Positions 1 through 13,893 of a stretch of DNA of 64,000 nucleotides are shown piece after piece. The translations under genes were made by a program, and so were the position numbers. The first letter of the stretch is position 1. The number at the start of each line of letters is the position of its first letter. The notes beneath the pieces are model-generated. The model was given only the letters and a program-made list of their open reading frames with translations, did not search any database and had not been told where the DNA came from. The stretch covers positions 1 to 64,000 of the forward strand of contig NMRA01001041.1 in assembly GCA_002633005.1 (NCBI GenBank), written 5' to 3'. Origin of the DNA: Phoronis australis (taxonomy: Eukaryota; Animalia; Phoronida).

Positions 1-93
1 TATTGCGACACTTCATTTTATTTTTTAAGTATTCCTGACAGAATTTGAAATGGGACCAAGTTATCCGACTATTACCGACGTCACATGCTTATC

Positions 94-1002
94 TAGCCAA
101 TGACCATCGCCTCTGTTGGCCCGAAGCAGAGGCGATGCAGAGGCTATAGGCGCTCTGTACGCCGGAAGCTTTTCGGCGAATTATGCCTCGCACCGACTAA
201 ACCATCAGAGTCACGTTGTTATAAATACCTTTTGCGCATAGAGGAACTCCTGAGGAGGTTGTCGATGTGTTTAATTCCTTCCAACTCGAACAAATACTCC
301 CATTATCAAACTTTTTCTTCGAGCAGTCCCTATTTCACTTCCCAAAATCGTGAACTCACCATTTTTATACTGCGCACGCGCTCGCTAGGTGATGTGACTT
401 TAATGACCTCAATCTTTAAATAGGCCAAAGGTGAGCCATTGCGGTCTTGTCAGTCAAATGTTCATTTCCAAATTGCCACCACTTATACTTGTCTTTAATT
501 GGCGTTACTTGAAACTGATTGTATTTCAATGAATTATTGTTTGTATTTGATAAAAATAAATGCTGTTGATATGACATTTAATAGTCTTTGTGCACATATT
601 TGACATTTTAATGTTTAACAACACGGCAAATGCACGGCTGGTTCCCGGCAGCACGTACGCGAAGGGCGGGAACTTCAGCTTTCAAAGTTCGCCGGTAGGT
701 CCGCAACTTCTGACCTTCGGCCTGGTTAAAAAAATGAAAAAGTTGATTTCACGATTTTGGGAACTGAAATAGGGACTGCTCGAAGAAAAAGTTTCATAAC
801 GGGAGTATTTGTTCGAGTTGGAAGGAATTAAACACATCGACAACCTGCTAAAGTGTTCCTTTATGCGCAAAAGGTATTTATAACAACGTGACTTTGATGG
901 TTTCGTCGGTGCGAGGCATAATTCGCCGAAAAGCTTCCGGCGTACAGAGCGCCTATAGCTTCTGCATCGCCTCTGGTTCGGGCCAACAGAGGTCATTGCC
1001 TA
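94..1002. mobile_element. Foldback non-autonomous DNA transposon with about 270-bp TIRs, TAG...CTA ends and 9-bp TSD (AcademH- or Mutator-like)
   Basis: 94-365 is the inverted copy of about 735-1002; TSD ATGCTTATC / ATGCTAATC. Confidence 0.85.
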
Positions 1003-1325
1003 ATGCTAATCAAACGTGTGGGGGTGAAGATTTTCTGCAAATTATCGTATCCGTGGCTAAACTGTCGAAGCTAAATTACGATTTGTTCCTTGTTAGTGTT
1101 GTTGGACACCTTTGGAGCCAGCTGGGATCCTTCGAACCCAAACAAATACTCATGCAATTCAACATTTTTTCTGAATAGTTCTTTCCTTCTGTCAACGAAA
1201 TTGAAGACTGAAAGTATTAGGCCTACACGCCTACAGTCAAATCATGCAAAGGGTTAAGGAAAGGTCATCCATCTGCCTGCTACGCTGAGAGGATAGACAA
1301 CACCAACGGGGGGGGGGGATGTCTA

Positions 1326-3540
1326 TAGTTCGTGCTTGACCTAGTGAAGTGATCTAGATAAACCATGAAGTTAAGGAAGTAATGGATCCGAATTTTGCAT
1401 TAAAACAAGAAATTATGTGCTGAATTTGATAGTGATGGAGAGCATTTTAAAAGGTATACCATTATACCAAAAGTTTTGTTTTGGTGTAAGTGAAAATCAG
1501 TGTTTAACTGTGTTTTATTTGGGGATCAATCCAGTTATAATATCAGTATTCACCACAAGGCAAACCACTGGTCTATGACTTGTTTTAACAGGTTGCCGCG
1601 ATGCGACCTGTTTGAATTTGCCTCTGACCTGTTTAAATAGCACGTGACACAACCGATTTTCTTGTTTTGAACAAAAACGTATTGTAATTTTTGTGTGTTC
1701 GCTATGATGTGTGCCTGCTGCACATTTTCTAAATTTCCAAACTGGTTGTAAAGCGACCTGTTGGAATTTTTGAGTGTGCAGAACATTACAAACACAAAAT
1801 GTTTTATTACCATTCCGTAAACTCTGGTGTGAATTATTTACTACGGATCTCCATTTTGCTTGCGTGAGAGGATCGGGCACTCACATGCATTGGCGGGTTG
1901 TCGGCTGTGCTGGTAACACTTGCATTGGTGACTAGGGTCAACTCTTGCTCAAGCCTCTATGTTTCAGGTGCTGTCCGCTGTACACATCTGTAAATGTTGT
2001 TGATTGGTATCTAGGTTCACAGGTCAGGAACTGCAAGTTAACTTCATGGTCACTGGAGGAGCCCTGCCCCTCCAACAACTTTGGTGTCTGTCTTTTGTCT
2101 CTCAACAACCTGTCACCTCTCAGTGCATCTAAGCACTAAATATCATTAACATGTGTAATGCTATACTCTAAAACCAGGCTGTTGAGTGGCAAACCATGAC
2201 TTCAGGTTTTCATGACAATCAATTAAGTACAAGTAATTTTACGAAAAACAATTTAGAATCAAATCAATACAGCATTCATTATAGTAAGATGTCCATAATT
2301 AAAAGAACTGCTCTCTTGTAAACGATTAGACTGATGTTGACTATTAGTAAGTTACGTAGTTGCCATGGCACATTTTCAGTCACAAAGAATTACTAGATTG
2401 ATAGATGTCTTGAACAAAAATGTTGAAAAGTAATTATTTTACTATTGTCAAAATTACTCATAACACAAAGTGATGATCCAGACGATTTTGAATGGCTTTT
2501 CAATGTTTTCTTTCATTCTGTTAGGCAGTAAAATACATTTCAGAATTTCTCTTTCGAATACAGTAACCAGATGCTGAGTTGTGCATTGGAAGAGAGTGGC
2601 GCCTCCTTTGGGATGTTCATAGGACAATGTTGTGGGTGCGAATCTGTTGTCTGTGATCTATGCTAGCACTGAATACTATTAAAATATGACCTTATTTGAT
2701 GGACTGTATGATGTACTAGTTTTTTGTTTTATCAATTAAAAAGTAAGTCTGTTGAGAATTCCCATTAGAGGGCTACGTATCACCTGTGCCCACCGTAGGT
2801 GATGTGCTACCTAGACACTGTTAGTCTGCCTCTTCTGTATCACTTATCAAACCTGCGAACCTGATAGAATTTTCTTCTTCGTTGAGATGATGTGCATAAT
2901 TCATAAAATTTACTGTTCAATAGATATCATGATTTTGGGTTTTTCTTGACACAGTTCTGGGTCATTGAAACCAGTTCAAAACAAAACAGTAAAAAAGAAC
3001 ATCTGAAGATGGCTGCAGACTGAGGGTGCATCTCAATTTATCAAACATCAACCAACAACAAAGTCAACAATTCAACACTCCTTTGTATGTATTCAGATTT
3101 TGAATAGCACCAACACAGAAAACTCCAACCCAAGACTGGCTAAACTTTGACCATGGTACAGAGGTAACAAGTTGCAATAAAAAATGTGTGAATGATTATT
3201 TATCCCAGACATTTATTTTCTTAATAGTGGTCACCAGATGGCATTGCTAAATAATTGTATTGTCATGGTTCTAAATTGTTTTTGGTGAAATAACTTTCAC
3301 ATTTTGTGTTTATCTAACTTGTGGTTTGCTTGCTGTAGTGTACCATGGAGCTAATGAAAGGGACGTACTCTACTAAGTGTTACATTGCATTTACCTGTTA
3401 TTGTTCTGTAGTCAAATAATGTGTGGAAAATGCTCTTATCATTGCCAAATTCAGTGTCATGAATTTTTGGTTTTGGTCAAAAATTCATTTATTTCTTTGG
3501 GGTTTATCTAGGTCACTTAACTAGGTCAGGCAGAAACTTT
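1326..3540. mobile_element. Old TIR element with about 40-bp imperfect TIRs, family unassigned
   Basis: TGACCTAGTGAAGTGATCTAGATAAACC (about 1337) is inverted at about 3501-3529 (GGTTTATCTAGGTCACTTAACTAGGTCA). No clear TSD. Confidence 0.55.
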
Positions 3541-4960
3541 GAAATTCTTTTGGTAATTCAGATATCAAACAGCTGCTCTAAAATTTTCAAAATTTTTGCA
3601 AGGATGAACCAAGAACAACACTTGGTGACTTGAATCAGGTCATTTTCCTTCAGCTATGCTGCAAAGTGATGTGGAAATGAAGTGATCTGGAAGAGGCACA
3701 TTGATTGTGCAGTAAAAGATCATTTACATAATTTAAAACTGAGGGAATTCTAATTTTTGTTCGTGAGAGGTCTGGACAGCTGCTTGCCTGAAGAGTTTTG
3801 AAACGTGATGTTTTCAGCTGGTCAAAGCTTTGTTTAAAAATGACAGTTTAGCTAAAAAGCATAGTTGGTTCTAGTCTGCGGTTTTAGTGCTCCCGCACAT
3901 GTGTTTATATGTGTGTGTTTTGTGTGTGTTGTGCCTGTGTGCGTAGCTGCATTATGCCATCATCTCTTTCTGTCCAACATTTGGCTGGTATTCGCTGCTG
4001 ATTCCTCAAAACCCCTGTATGGATGTTCATGAAATTTGGCAGACATTTCCCTGTTATGGATGGGACAGTATGAACGGGACTATTGTGCTCCTAAAGACAA
4101 TTATAACTTTTTGCGTTTGCCTCGCTTTGGAAGTGCTTAAGAAATTTTCATGAAATGTGGCAAATAGGTTTGTGTTAGGGAGACAGTCTTGGTACACTGC
4201 TTGAAGTAGCCCTTGTTGTTTGTAGTTTGTCCAGTGGTGAATCAAAGACTGGTGACCTTTCTTGCTCAGTACTATTTTGTAATCACCATTGCACTTCCAA
4301 TTCAAGTCCTGTTGTCTACGTGTAGATGGTAAGCATGACTGAGAAGTGTTGTCTTCTGCAGTTATCTATGCCCACTGTCTGTAGAGTTGAAACTGATTTT
4401 AACCTCAGAGAATTTTTGGGCCTGGTAATTTTTAAATGTATTTAGGTATACCTATATATAATGGACTTAATGAGATCTATATTTGGTTGGAGAGAGGGGG
4501 CCTTGTTGAATATGCTTTAATTAGCATTACCAATTTCCTTTTAAATGATGGTGTGGGCTAATTATGACTGATGGAGTTTAGAAGCCTTAGATTTATTCAG
4601 GATGCTCTATTCTCTAGCTGATCACCTACCGCGACCCTCGCCCTCTCAAATGGTGCATTAGATAGCTAGGGATGAATGTCCTGTACTGTAGACAGTTAGA
4701 TTTATTAATATTTCTGAACTTTATCTGCCTGAATTATTTCCATGGGCTTTCTTATCCTGCTTTTAATATCGTCTCTCAAATATTACTAAAGGTCTCTGCT
4801 TTGATTTTGCAACTCATCTACAACAATCTCTTGTCGCTCTTCAAACCTGTTTTAAAGGGTTCAGACCGAGTTATATGATATCGGTTTTAAAAAAGACTGC
4901 TTTAGTATGAATAGTGCATATTTCTTCTCTGCGGGTTATAATTCATTAACATGTGCACTT

Positions 4961-5297
4961 GTCACTGTAAATCAGTCATTCATTGGTATACTATCCATGT
5001 CACTGTAAATCAGTCATTCATTAGTATATTAACCTTGTTCACTGTAAATCAATCATTAGTATACCATCCTTGTCAATGTAAATTAGTCATTCATTAGTAT
5101 ATTATCCTTGTTCACTGTAAATCAGTCATTAGTATACTATCATGGTCACTGTAAATCAGTCATTCATTAGTATATTATCCTTGTTCACTGTAAATCAGTC
5201 ATTAGTATACTATCCTTGTCACTGTAAATCAGCCATTCGTTAGTATACTGTCCTTGTCACTGTAAATCAGTCATTCATTAGTATACTATCCTTGTTC
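4961..5297. repeat. Minisatellite, about 36-40-bp unit, about 9 copies
   Basis: CACTGTAAATCAGTCATT(CATT)AGTATACTATCCTTGT repeated. Confidence 0.9.
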
Positions 5298-8200
5298 TTT
5301 AAAGCTGCTTTTCACCCTCGATAGCTGGCTAAAAAAAGAAAATCGAATTGGGTCTTTCTCTCTCATATAATACTCTCATAATATTCTTTGCCGTGATAGA
5401 ATTTTATTTCCGTTACATACTAAAGTCACACTAGAAGTACAGCATCAGATGATGGATTCTGTTTTGTTTCCAACAATAACATTGAAACCATCAGCAACAC
5501 AAAAAACTCTTTGAAGTTTATTGGTGTTGGTGATTTCGAAAATGATGTACGTACAAATTGCCTGTGACTTGAGTGGGTAATGGAAATTCTACTGAGGAGA
5601 CATAATTCAATTTTTTTCTTTTTGCAAGATGAACACAGGGAAGTGCAGCATTTAAGTTCAATGTTTTTTTGCTCAGTGATTCTTCATTGATATCGTACAA
5701 AAAGACTGGTTACTTGCTGTATATAATGTAAACTTTACAGCGCTTTGGTCAACGAGAAGTCGCATTTGGCGATCTGGCAAAAGTCCCATGTAGTCGAAAG
5801 AAATCTGAGCTCGCCAAAACTGAAAATCTCGAGCACCTAAATCAATTCCGAGGCTTCCTATTCACCGATTTCACGAACGCGGGGCGCTGCTGTCGTGTTG
5901 ATCGAAAACGAGGCGCCTCGACAAACATGGCATCGTCCTGCAAGGTGGTGTGGTCAAAAGACTTATCAACGTTACCAAAAATCAAGTTGTCTGATGTTGA
6001 ATCGATCTCCAAAAACATACCAATACGCACGGCAACTAGACTTTTACCCTCCTCAGCCATTCCTCCGTAGTTTTCCCTTTTTTGGAAAAGTGTGGAAGTC
6101 AGGGTTTTACCTAGGCTTTTAGTCTTGAAAAATACTGCTCGCCAGCTAGGCGAGTGCCGGAGCCAGAAAATCTACTCGCCCGAAGTTCAGTCACCCGGCC
6201 GTTGGCGCCAGTCACCACAAACTTGGTAATAGTTTAAATAAAAATCATCGTTTTGTGCACTGATGTCACCATCTGTTAGAGCTACCGTATTTGCCCTAAT
6301 AATTAGCGCCCACAGGGGGATGCTTTTTGTAGCCTACCCACAAGGCGGCGGTTAAAACCCGGTCTCCGCTGTGACGTATGTGTAACCTATCTCAGACTTT
6401 CTACAAAACTGTGGTGCATTGCCATCAAACTCTGTTGTTAATCTTTTTTAAAAAAATGTGCTGAAATCCCACGGCGAAAACTTGCCGACTGATGCTTCGC
6501 GATCGTCGATAGGACAACTTGAATTCTTGAGTAAAAATAGTTTCGACTCAAATTACCTCAAATCCTTAAGTTTTCCAAATAGCCTTTCCTAAGATTCTTT
6601 TAAGAACTTAAAAGTTCCTGTGGACTCGGAGTCGGGCCCACCGCAGATTAAGTCAAAATCTGCGCTAGATCGCACCCGGCAGCGAGAAAAATCTGGACGA
6701 ACACATATGTTGTTGTCACGTGACGTTTGTATTGAAGTGAGTCAACAGGTGTGCACCGAGTGAGCGAGCGCGTGCGTGTCATCAGTGTTCATTTGCCAGA
6801 GTAGCAGGCCCAATGAGCTGTATATGTAGTTATATTTATCTCATTGAGCAGGCCCACATGTAGGCCCTAGCGCGCGCTTCTTGGCCAAGTTTCGATTTTA
6901 CGTGTACAAAGCAATCTGGATTCCTGTTGTGGGAGAAAATATGTACGGGAAAGATACAATACCAATCCCGTTGACCAGTACACTGCGTCTGTTCGAAAGG
7001 CCAGACCATATAGTGTGACACTTTCCTCGCAAGATCAGCAAATCTTGCGTTCTTTTTGAAGCACTGCGGAACGGTTTGGAGTGTACAGCCACGGCTAAAT
7101 ACCAGGGGCGAGGCTCGTGGTCTACTAGAAATTCCGCACACTGATTTTTCAGGACTGTCGGATATTATTGATAAATTGAATACATTACTGGAGAATTTTA
7201 GAACTGTGAGGTAAGACATTTTTCGCACAAATATATACGCTTTCATGGACTGGGCGCTTATTTTAGCGAAGTCTGGACACAAGTGGGGACGCTTATAGGA
7301 GCATGGGCGCTTATGTTATAAAAATAATTTTGGCTAAAATAACATTGTACATTACAAAAAGGAATCAGTTCCAAGAAATATGGTATTTCATTTGCTATGA
7401 GCACATGGACCGGTCTTCCACCTTTCTCCCCTTTTCTTCGTTTCGGACTAGTCCGCAAATTCTTTGTGCACGACCACACACTGTGATTTTTTTGACGAAT
7501 CGCGTAACGGGTGACATGTACTGAATCAGTAGGGTCGCACTGCGCCGATGTTTTTTACTGCCGGAGCATCGACACGAGGACCAAACTGAACCATAAATTC
7601 ATGATAAAAACAGCACAAGGAGGAGGAAAATTATTCGTATTCATTTGGGAAACGATATATAGTGGTTTTGCGCTTTGAAATTCACTCGCCACCTGGGCGA
7701 CCGGCAAGTCAACTTCTACTCGCCCGGCACCATTTTTACTCGCATTGGCGACTGGGCGAGTGGCTAAGTATATCCCTGGGAAGGATACCGACGAGTTGGA
7801 ATTGGTACGTTCAGGCACTGCGCAGTACACCATCAAGGCCACGTGATGACCGCTCACGAGGTTTTATCAGTGTGCCTCGTTTTCGATCAGTATTTAAAGA
7901 TGGCGCGGGAAGATGGCGCTTTCGTGAAATAGGTGAATTGGGCGTAAAGGTTCATTGACCAAAAAAGTCGAACGGCCGCAAGGTAGTAGCACCACCCATC
8001 CTCTTGCGTTCCTCCAGTTCCACCTGTAAAGACCTAAATGTAGGCGTTCCTTCATTCTCTGACTCAATTTCTCCCACCGATGAATGAACATAGTGAATTT
8101 TGCCAATCTTGCCCAATTTTTGCCAAACAATTCCGTGTTCTGTTTGTTTACTTCCTGTTGTAATTTAAACAGAGTTGCTAATCCACTGATTTCACAAGAC

Positions 8201-9450
8201 AAATGGAACAATTGTAAATCAAAGGTTATCTAATACTTTAAAGTTTGGAAGTCAACATGAACTTTGAAAAGAATTTAGAGGGAATTATTGTCCGACTTGA
8301 TACTTGTGGTGGCAACTTCCTGGCGACTTAAAATTTTTCCCAAGTCATCAAACGCAATCGAAAGTCGCATTGGCGAGCACTGCATTACCAAATGATGTGA
8401 GTGCTGATACGAAGCTCACAACAGAACAAACTTTTCTTAATCTAGTTATTTTTGTGGGGAAAATTGACCAACTGTGTGCTAAGGTGAAAAACCACTGTAC
8501 TACTCCATGTTTATTTTGTCTAATGTCATGTGATGTTTCTTATTTTAGAATCGTCACTAATTTTATATAATCTTCGTGCCATTTTAAGTGTCACTGCGTC
8601 ATTAGTTTCCATCATTCCAGCTTGGTCATTCTGTCTGTGTTGGTCTGACATATATGTCTGTTGTCACCTTTACATTCAATTTTCATTGCCTTGTGCTGTA
8701 CAACTGTATTGTATTGAGGTGTACTTATTGTATTTCATTGCCTGGTGCTGTACAAATGTAATGTTATTAAGGTGTATTTATTGTATTACTAGTGATAGCA
8801 TTGTGATCCTAAAGAATTCTCAACAGCTGTGAAATCCAGATTTGATGCTGCTAATCTGATTTATTTCAGTTTACTATTCCTGCTTGACCTTGTACACTTC
8901 ATGTGTCTTCATTGCCCATCTAAATCACAGGTGAACTGTAGATGGCAATGAACTCAATTCACCTGATCACTATCTAGTGATAAAGGTTACTTCATTATAT
9001 CCCCTCTAAATATTAGTAACCACAAAATGGTAGCCAAATGATTGGGAAAACTGGTGCCTACAAATCGTATTTTCTGGGGATGACACGTGTCCATGCAGTG
9101 ATTTTACGTCCACAAAAAGCTCCCTGGGGGCTTTTGAAAATCAAGTTGCTGGTGCAGTATTTTATTGTTGCTCGCTTTTTCATGAAAAGAAAATCATCTG
9201 AGACAAGCAAAACTGATGCTGGATTGCATTTTTTACTAATATTACTCCTTGGCTAATCCTGGCATTTCAAACCGTGCTTACCTTTGCTTACGTGCTTTTG
9301 CGCAGCTTTTGTGAAAGACAGCATAAGACCTTGTCTGAAATGGATGCAGGTGATACTTTGTTAGTCTGTAAGCACTGGTGTCAAAATGAGTGTAGGTACA
9401 GAGTCAGACCAGAACCAATTTCTGATAAAAAGAAATTGCCGAAATTATCT

Positions 9451-11394
9451 TTTTATGCGCCCACATATTTATATGTGGACGCATTATGCCGTCATCTCCG
9501 TCCGTCCGTACGGGCGGCGTCCGTCCGGCGTCCGCAGCTCTATCTCCAAAACCCTGTGATATATGTTCATGAAATTTGGCACATATGTTCCATTCATGAA
9601 TGGGACGGCATGTGCAAACTTTCGGACGGATCTGAATACCGGTGTGCCCCCTAGTGGCAATTTTAGTTTTTTACGCTTACCTTTGTATCTTCAAAAGTCC
9701 TGAACGGATTTTCATGAAATTTGGCACCTATTAGTGAGATGACGCTATGCTCCCGTTTTCAGATGGATTCGACATAGTTTGCGCCACCTAGTGGCCATTT
9801 TTAGTGTTTTCGTGTGTTTTTTTTGCGTCCACCCCTCTATCAACCAAACCGCTCAAAGGATGATTGTGAAAATTGGCATGTATATGCTTACTATGTAGAG
9901 GACGGTTGACGATGATTTTTCAACAATTTCGACTACTGTGGCGCCTCCTAGTGGCAGTTTTGTTTTTTTATCGCCTATGGCTGTATCTCCTAAACCGTTC
10001 GCAGGATCTTTACAAATTGTGTAAGTATATTTATATGATGTTAACAACAGAACATGACGACTTTTGGACGGATCCGATAACCGGTGTGCCCCCTAGTGGC
10101 AATTTTAGTTTTTTACGCTTACCTTTGTATCTTCAAAAGTCCGGAACGGATTTTCATGAAATTTGGTATGTAGGCACCTATTAATGAGGTGACGCTATCC
10201 TCCCGTTTTCAGATGGATTCGACATAGTTTGCGCCATCTAGTGGCCATATTTACTGTTTTCGAGTCTGTATTTTTGCGTCCACCCCTCTATCAACCAAAC
10301 CGCTCAAAGGATGATTGTGAAAATTGGCATGTATGTGCTTACTATAAAGAAGACAGCTGACAATGATTTTCAGACGATTTGGATTACTGTGGCGCCTCCT
10401 AGTGGCAGTTTTTTTTTTTTTGCGCCTATGGCTGTATCTCCTAAACCGTTCTCAGGATCTTTACGAAATTTAATAAGTGTAATTATATGATGTTAACAAC
10501 AGACAATGACGACTTTTGGACGGATCCGCCTACCAGTGTGCCCCCTAGTGGCAATTGTATTTTTTTACGTTGACCTCTGTATCTTCACAAGTCCTTAACG
10601 GATTTTCATGAAATTTGGTATTTAGGCACCTATTAGTGCGATGACGCTATCCTCCCATTTTCGGATGGATTCGACGTAGTTTGCGACACCCGGTGGCCAT
10701 TTTTACTGTTTTTGAGTCTGTTTTTTGGCGTCCACACCTCTATCAACCAAACCGCTCTAAGTATGATTGTGAAAATTGGCATGTATGTTCTTACTATGAA
10801 GAGGACGGTTGACACTGAATTTCCCATGACTTTGATTACTGTGGCGCCTCCTAGTGGCAGTTTTGCGCCCATGGCTGTATCTCCCAAACCGTTTGCAGGA
10901 TCTTTACTAAATTTAGCAAGCGTATTTATGTGATGTTGACAACGGACGATGACAACTTTAGGATGATTCTGACTACCCGTATACCTCTAGTGGCAATTTA
11001 AATATTTCACATTGACCTCTGTATTTTCATAGGTCTTCAGGTGTATACTTTGTGTTACTTCGTGTCTATGAAGGAAAAGTTCCAAGTAGAAATTTGTTTC
11101 TGGCATTCTAATGCTGTGCTAATCTCGTATGTTGCTAAATTTGTTTTTAAATTCTATTTTTCTGTGGTGCTTTAAGCAACTGATGTATAGGATGTGCATG
11201 TATTATGAAGATCACTCACATTTTGCCCCTAGCCTATTGAGGAGTCAATGGCCATGCCTTTCCATTTTGTAAAGTACTACATACTACATATATGCCCTCT
11301 ACTGGCCACTTTATGGTACCAATAAACAACCCTAGAAGGATACCCTATACGGTGCAATTGTGGGCGCATTTCAGCGCTCTGCGTTGCTCTTGTT
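9451..11394 (+). mobile_element. Helentron-associated (HINE/DINE-1-like) element with an internal about 450-bp tandem array
   Basis: 5' TTTTATGCGCCCACATAT..ATATGTGGACGCAT palindrome; (CCGT)n microsatellite; tandem core; 3' subTIR GTGGGCGCAT plus a short hairpin; T-rich flanks. Confidence 0.78.
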
Positions 11395-12908
11395 CATTTT
11401 GCTAGGGAGATCCTAATATCATTTTGATTGGGTCCATTTTTTTCAAAATATTGTCTGTTTTTAGCTGTGGTACAGAACTTGAACATGGAAAAGCATTGCT
11501 ACCTTATGACAAGAATGTCATGAGAAAATAAAATTTCAACTAGGCGTTACCCGTGCTTTCGGGAAATCCATGTAGATAGGGCCTACTCCTGAGAATGAAG
11601 ATTAATGTTCGTCGCAACAGACGGGAATACTTCTTGAAAGGCCGTTTTCAAAGCCTCAAGCAGAATTTCAGTCACTGTCAGGTTTTAGTAAGTAAGGTGT
11701 GCGGCTGCGGGATTCTTTCCACAGCCAGTACAAATTTCTTTCCAGAACATATGCCCCTGCAGTAAATCAAAGTACAGTAATCAGATATTTAATGTGAAAA
11801 CCCGAGAATGCCTTTAAATACTGTATAGTACACAAAATATATAGATGTATTTACAAAAGTTGCATCATAAATGTACATACTGACGGGTAGAAAGCCAGCT
11901 GGCTGTATGAAGACTGTCCTCAAGCCAGCTGGCTGTATGAAGACTGTCGTCAACGTACAGCTAGGTAGCTGTGTGTAGAGCTCTGTTAAATACCGAAATT
12001 TCACTAAACACAACCCAGGTGCTCAGCCTGTCGCCTCGTCATGAAACTTAGAGTTAACAACCTACAGGGGCGCATGCAGAATCTGAGAACGACATTCACC
12101 TTGCCCGTTACAACAATCTAATAAATGTATTTTTCGTAATTCCCCGCCTCTTGTAACAATGGAAAATCTGTGGTCATTTAGAAAACAGTGCATACTTGTG
12201 GTGACGCGCACGTACATGTACGCGCCATTTCCAAAAAACTTGCTATCTCTCGAGAGTTTTTTCTGAAATTGGATTTTCTGATAATAAAATAATAAAAACT
12301 TGTAATGAAATGAAACCACTTGCGATTCATGTACGCAACCTCACATTTGATTGAATAACATGAAAGTTGGTCAACAGGTAATGCAATGGAGCCAAAGAGG
12401 GCATCGAAAATTTTACAGCAGAATACTGATAACTGAAGAACGCCAATTTTCCAACACCAGCGTAAATAATTTAGTTTACTCAAAGAAGAGTAAGAATTTT
12501 TTAATAAGACATCATTAATTTTGGCGGCCACAGGCCCGATGAATTATAGGCTATACGTGACAGAAGCCGGGTGGAGTGAAATTAAGCCGACGGAGTGACG
12601 TTACCCAGGCTATTGAGCCGACGAACTGACGTCACCAAGGCCAGTACGAAACTGGCCACCCTCCTTCTGTGTCCGCGAAAAAATGGCCCGCGAGAAAAAA
12701 ATAAAACACCTCGAATCCAAATAGGTGGCCGTTGCAATACCTGGGACCAAGGTGATGCCGAAACGAGCACAACGAAGGTGTGTAGTGGAGCGGGGGAGAC
12801 GGAGTTTGTGCAAACGATTCATTTTATATAATAGATTATCTGGCATATTGTGTCCTCATCCATTGGTGAAATTTTACCGTGTCCTTTTTTGACCTTATAT
12901 AACTCTTA

Positions 12909-13893
12909 AGGTGTGGCCAGACTACACACAAGTGAGCTACGCGAATTCATTGGGACAACTGAACTTCTGTTGGAATTCCCACTCTGCGCAAGCGATGGGG
13001 GTGGACTACAGCGATGTTGCGCGAGTGAAAATTGAAATGGAACATGTTCTATTTGTTTGACATCGCCTCGTTGAACCAATTACAGTGCACAAAGTTCGAT
13101 TTGACTAGGAAAATTTTGTTTATTTCCTTTGAACGAGGCGTCATGCTCATTCATTTGGTAAGACTAGTGAAGTTTCTGTACGAAAAATCACATTTTGATC
13201 ATAAAGACATTTGCTTAAAGCAACAGATTTGGGAGTGGATTATTCATGAAGTTAACAGGACATGTAAAGGGCTGTCCACATACACAGACTTACCTTAGAA
13301 CAAGTTACTCCTGGAACAAGTTGTTGCCAGGTTGAGTGCTGTGTGGATGCTATTTAAACTAGTGCAACTTGCCCCATGAGTGACAAGGTACTCCACCTTA
13401 TTGAGGTAGGGTAAATTGTTTAAGGTAACTCGCGCCACTTGTAATTCCTGTGTGGCCACAAACCTGGGTCAAGGTGGAAATAATTATCAACCGTGATTAC
13501 ATACGGCGAGTTTTCTCTTGTGTGCCATGTTTGCTTTAGGTTTTCGTTGTCATGCTCAGAGCGACAACTTCCACCTTACCTTAGTTATCGGATACGTGTT
13601 TGTGTACGCTCCACTTAATAGTGGGGTACCTTGCACTAGTGCAAGTTGTTCTAAGGTAGGCTGTGTGGATGGCACTTAAATTAAGAATCATTGGCTTTGA
13701 ACTTCATGTTTGCCTACAGAATGATTGACATGACTACGCGAATTGCAACATTTTGTTGATGGGATACACACATCAGTGTCAAAACTCACTAATTCGTCGT
13801 CCATACATCAAATACAGCAACAGTATAGATTCATCGCTGCCATTGTTTACTTCACGCTAAAACTTTCGCGCCCAATGTAGTCTGACCAGGCCT
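12909..13893. mobile_element. PIF/Harbinger-type MITE
   Basis: TIR AGGTGTGGCCAGACTACA / TGTAGTCTGACCAGGCCT; TTA TSD. Confidence 0.7.
13268..13676. mobile_element. Nested PIF/Harbinger-type MITE
   Basis: TIR AGGGCTGTCCACA..TACCTTAGAACAA / TTGTTCTAAGGTA..TGTGGATGGCACT; TAA TSD. Confidence 0.72.

Noticed and set aside
100-996. About 105-aa ORFs repeated at 100, 682, 54451 and 54977
   Set aside because: They are translations of the same TIR arms, with no recognisable domain. Openness is explained by recent copying.
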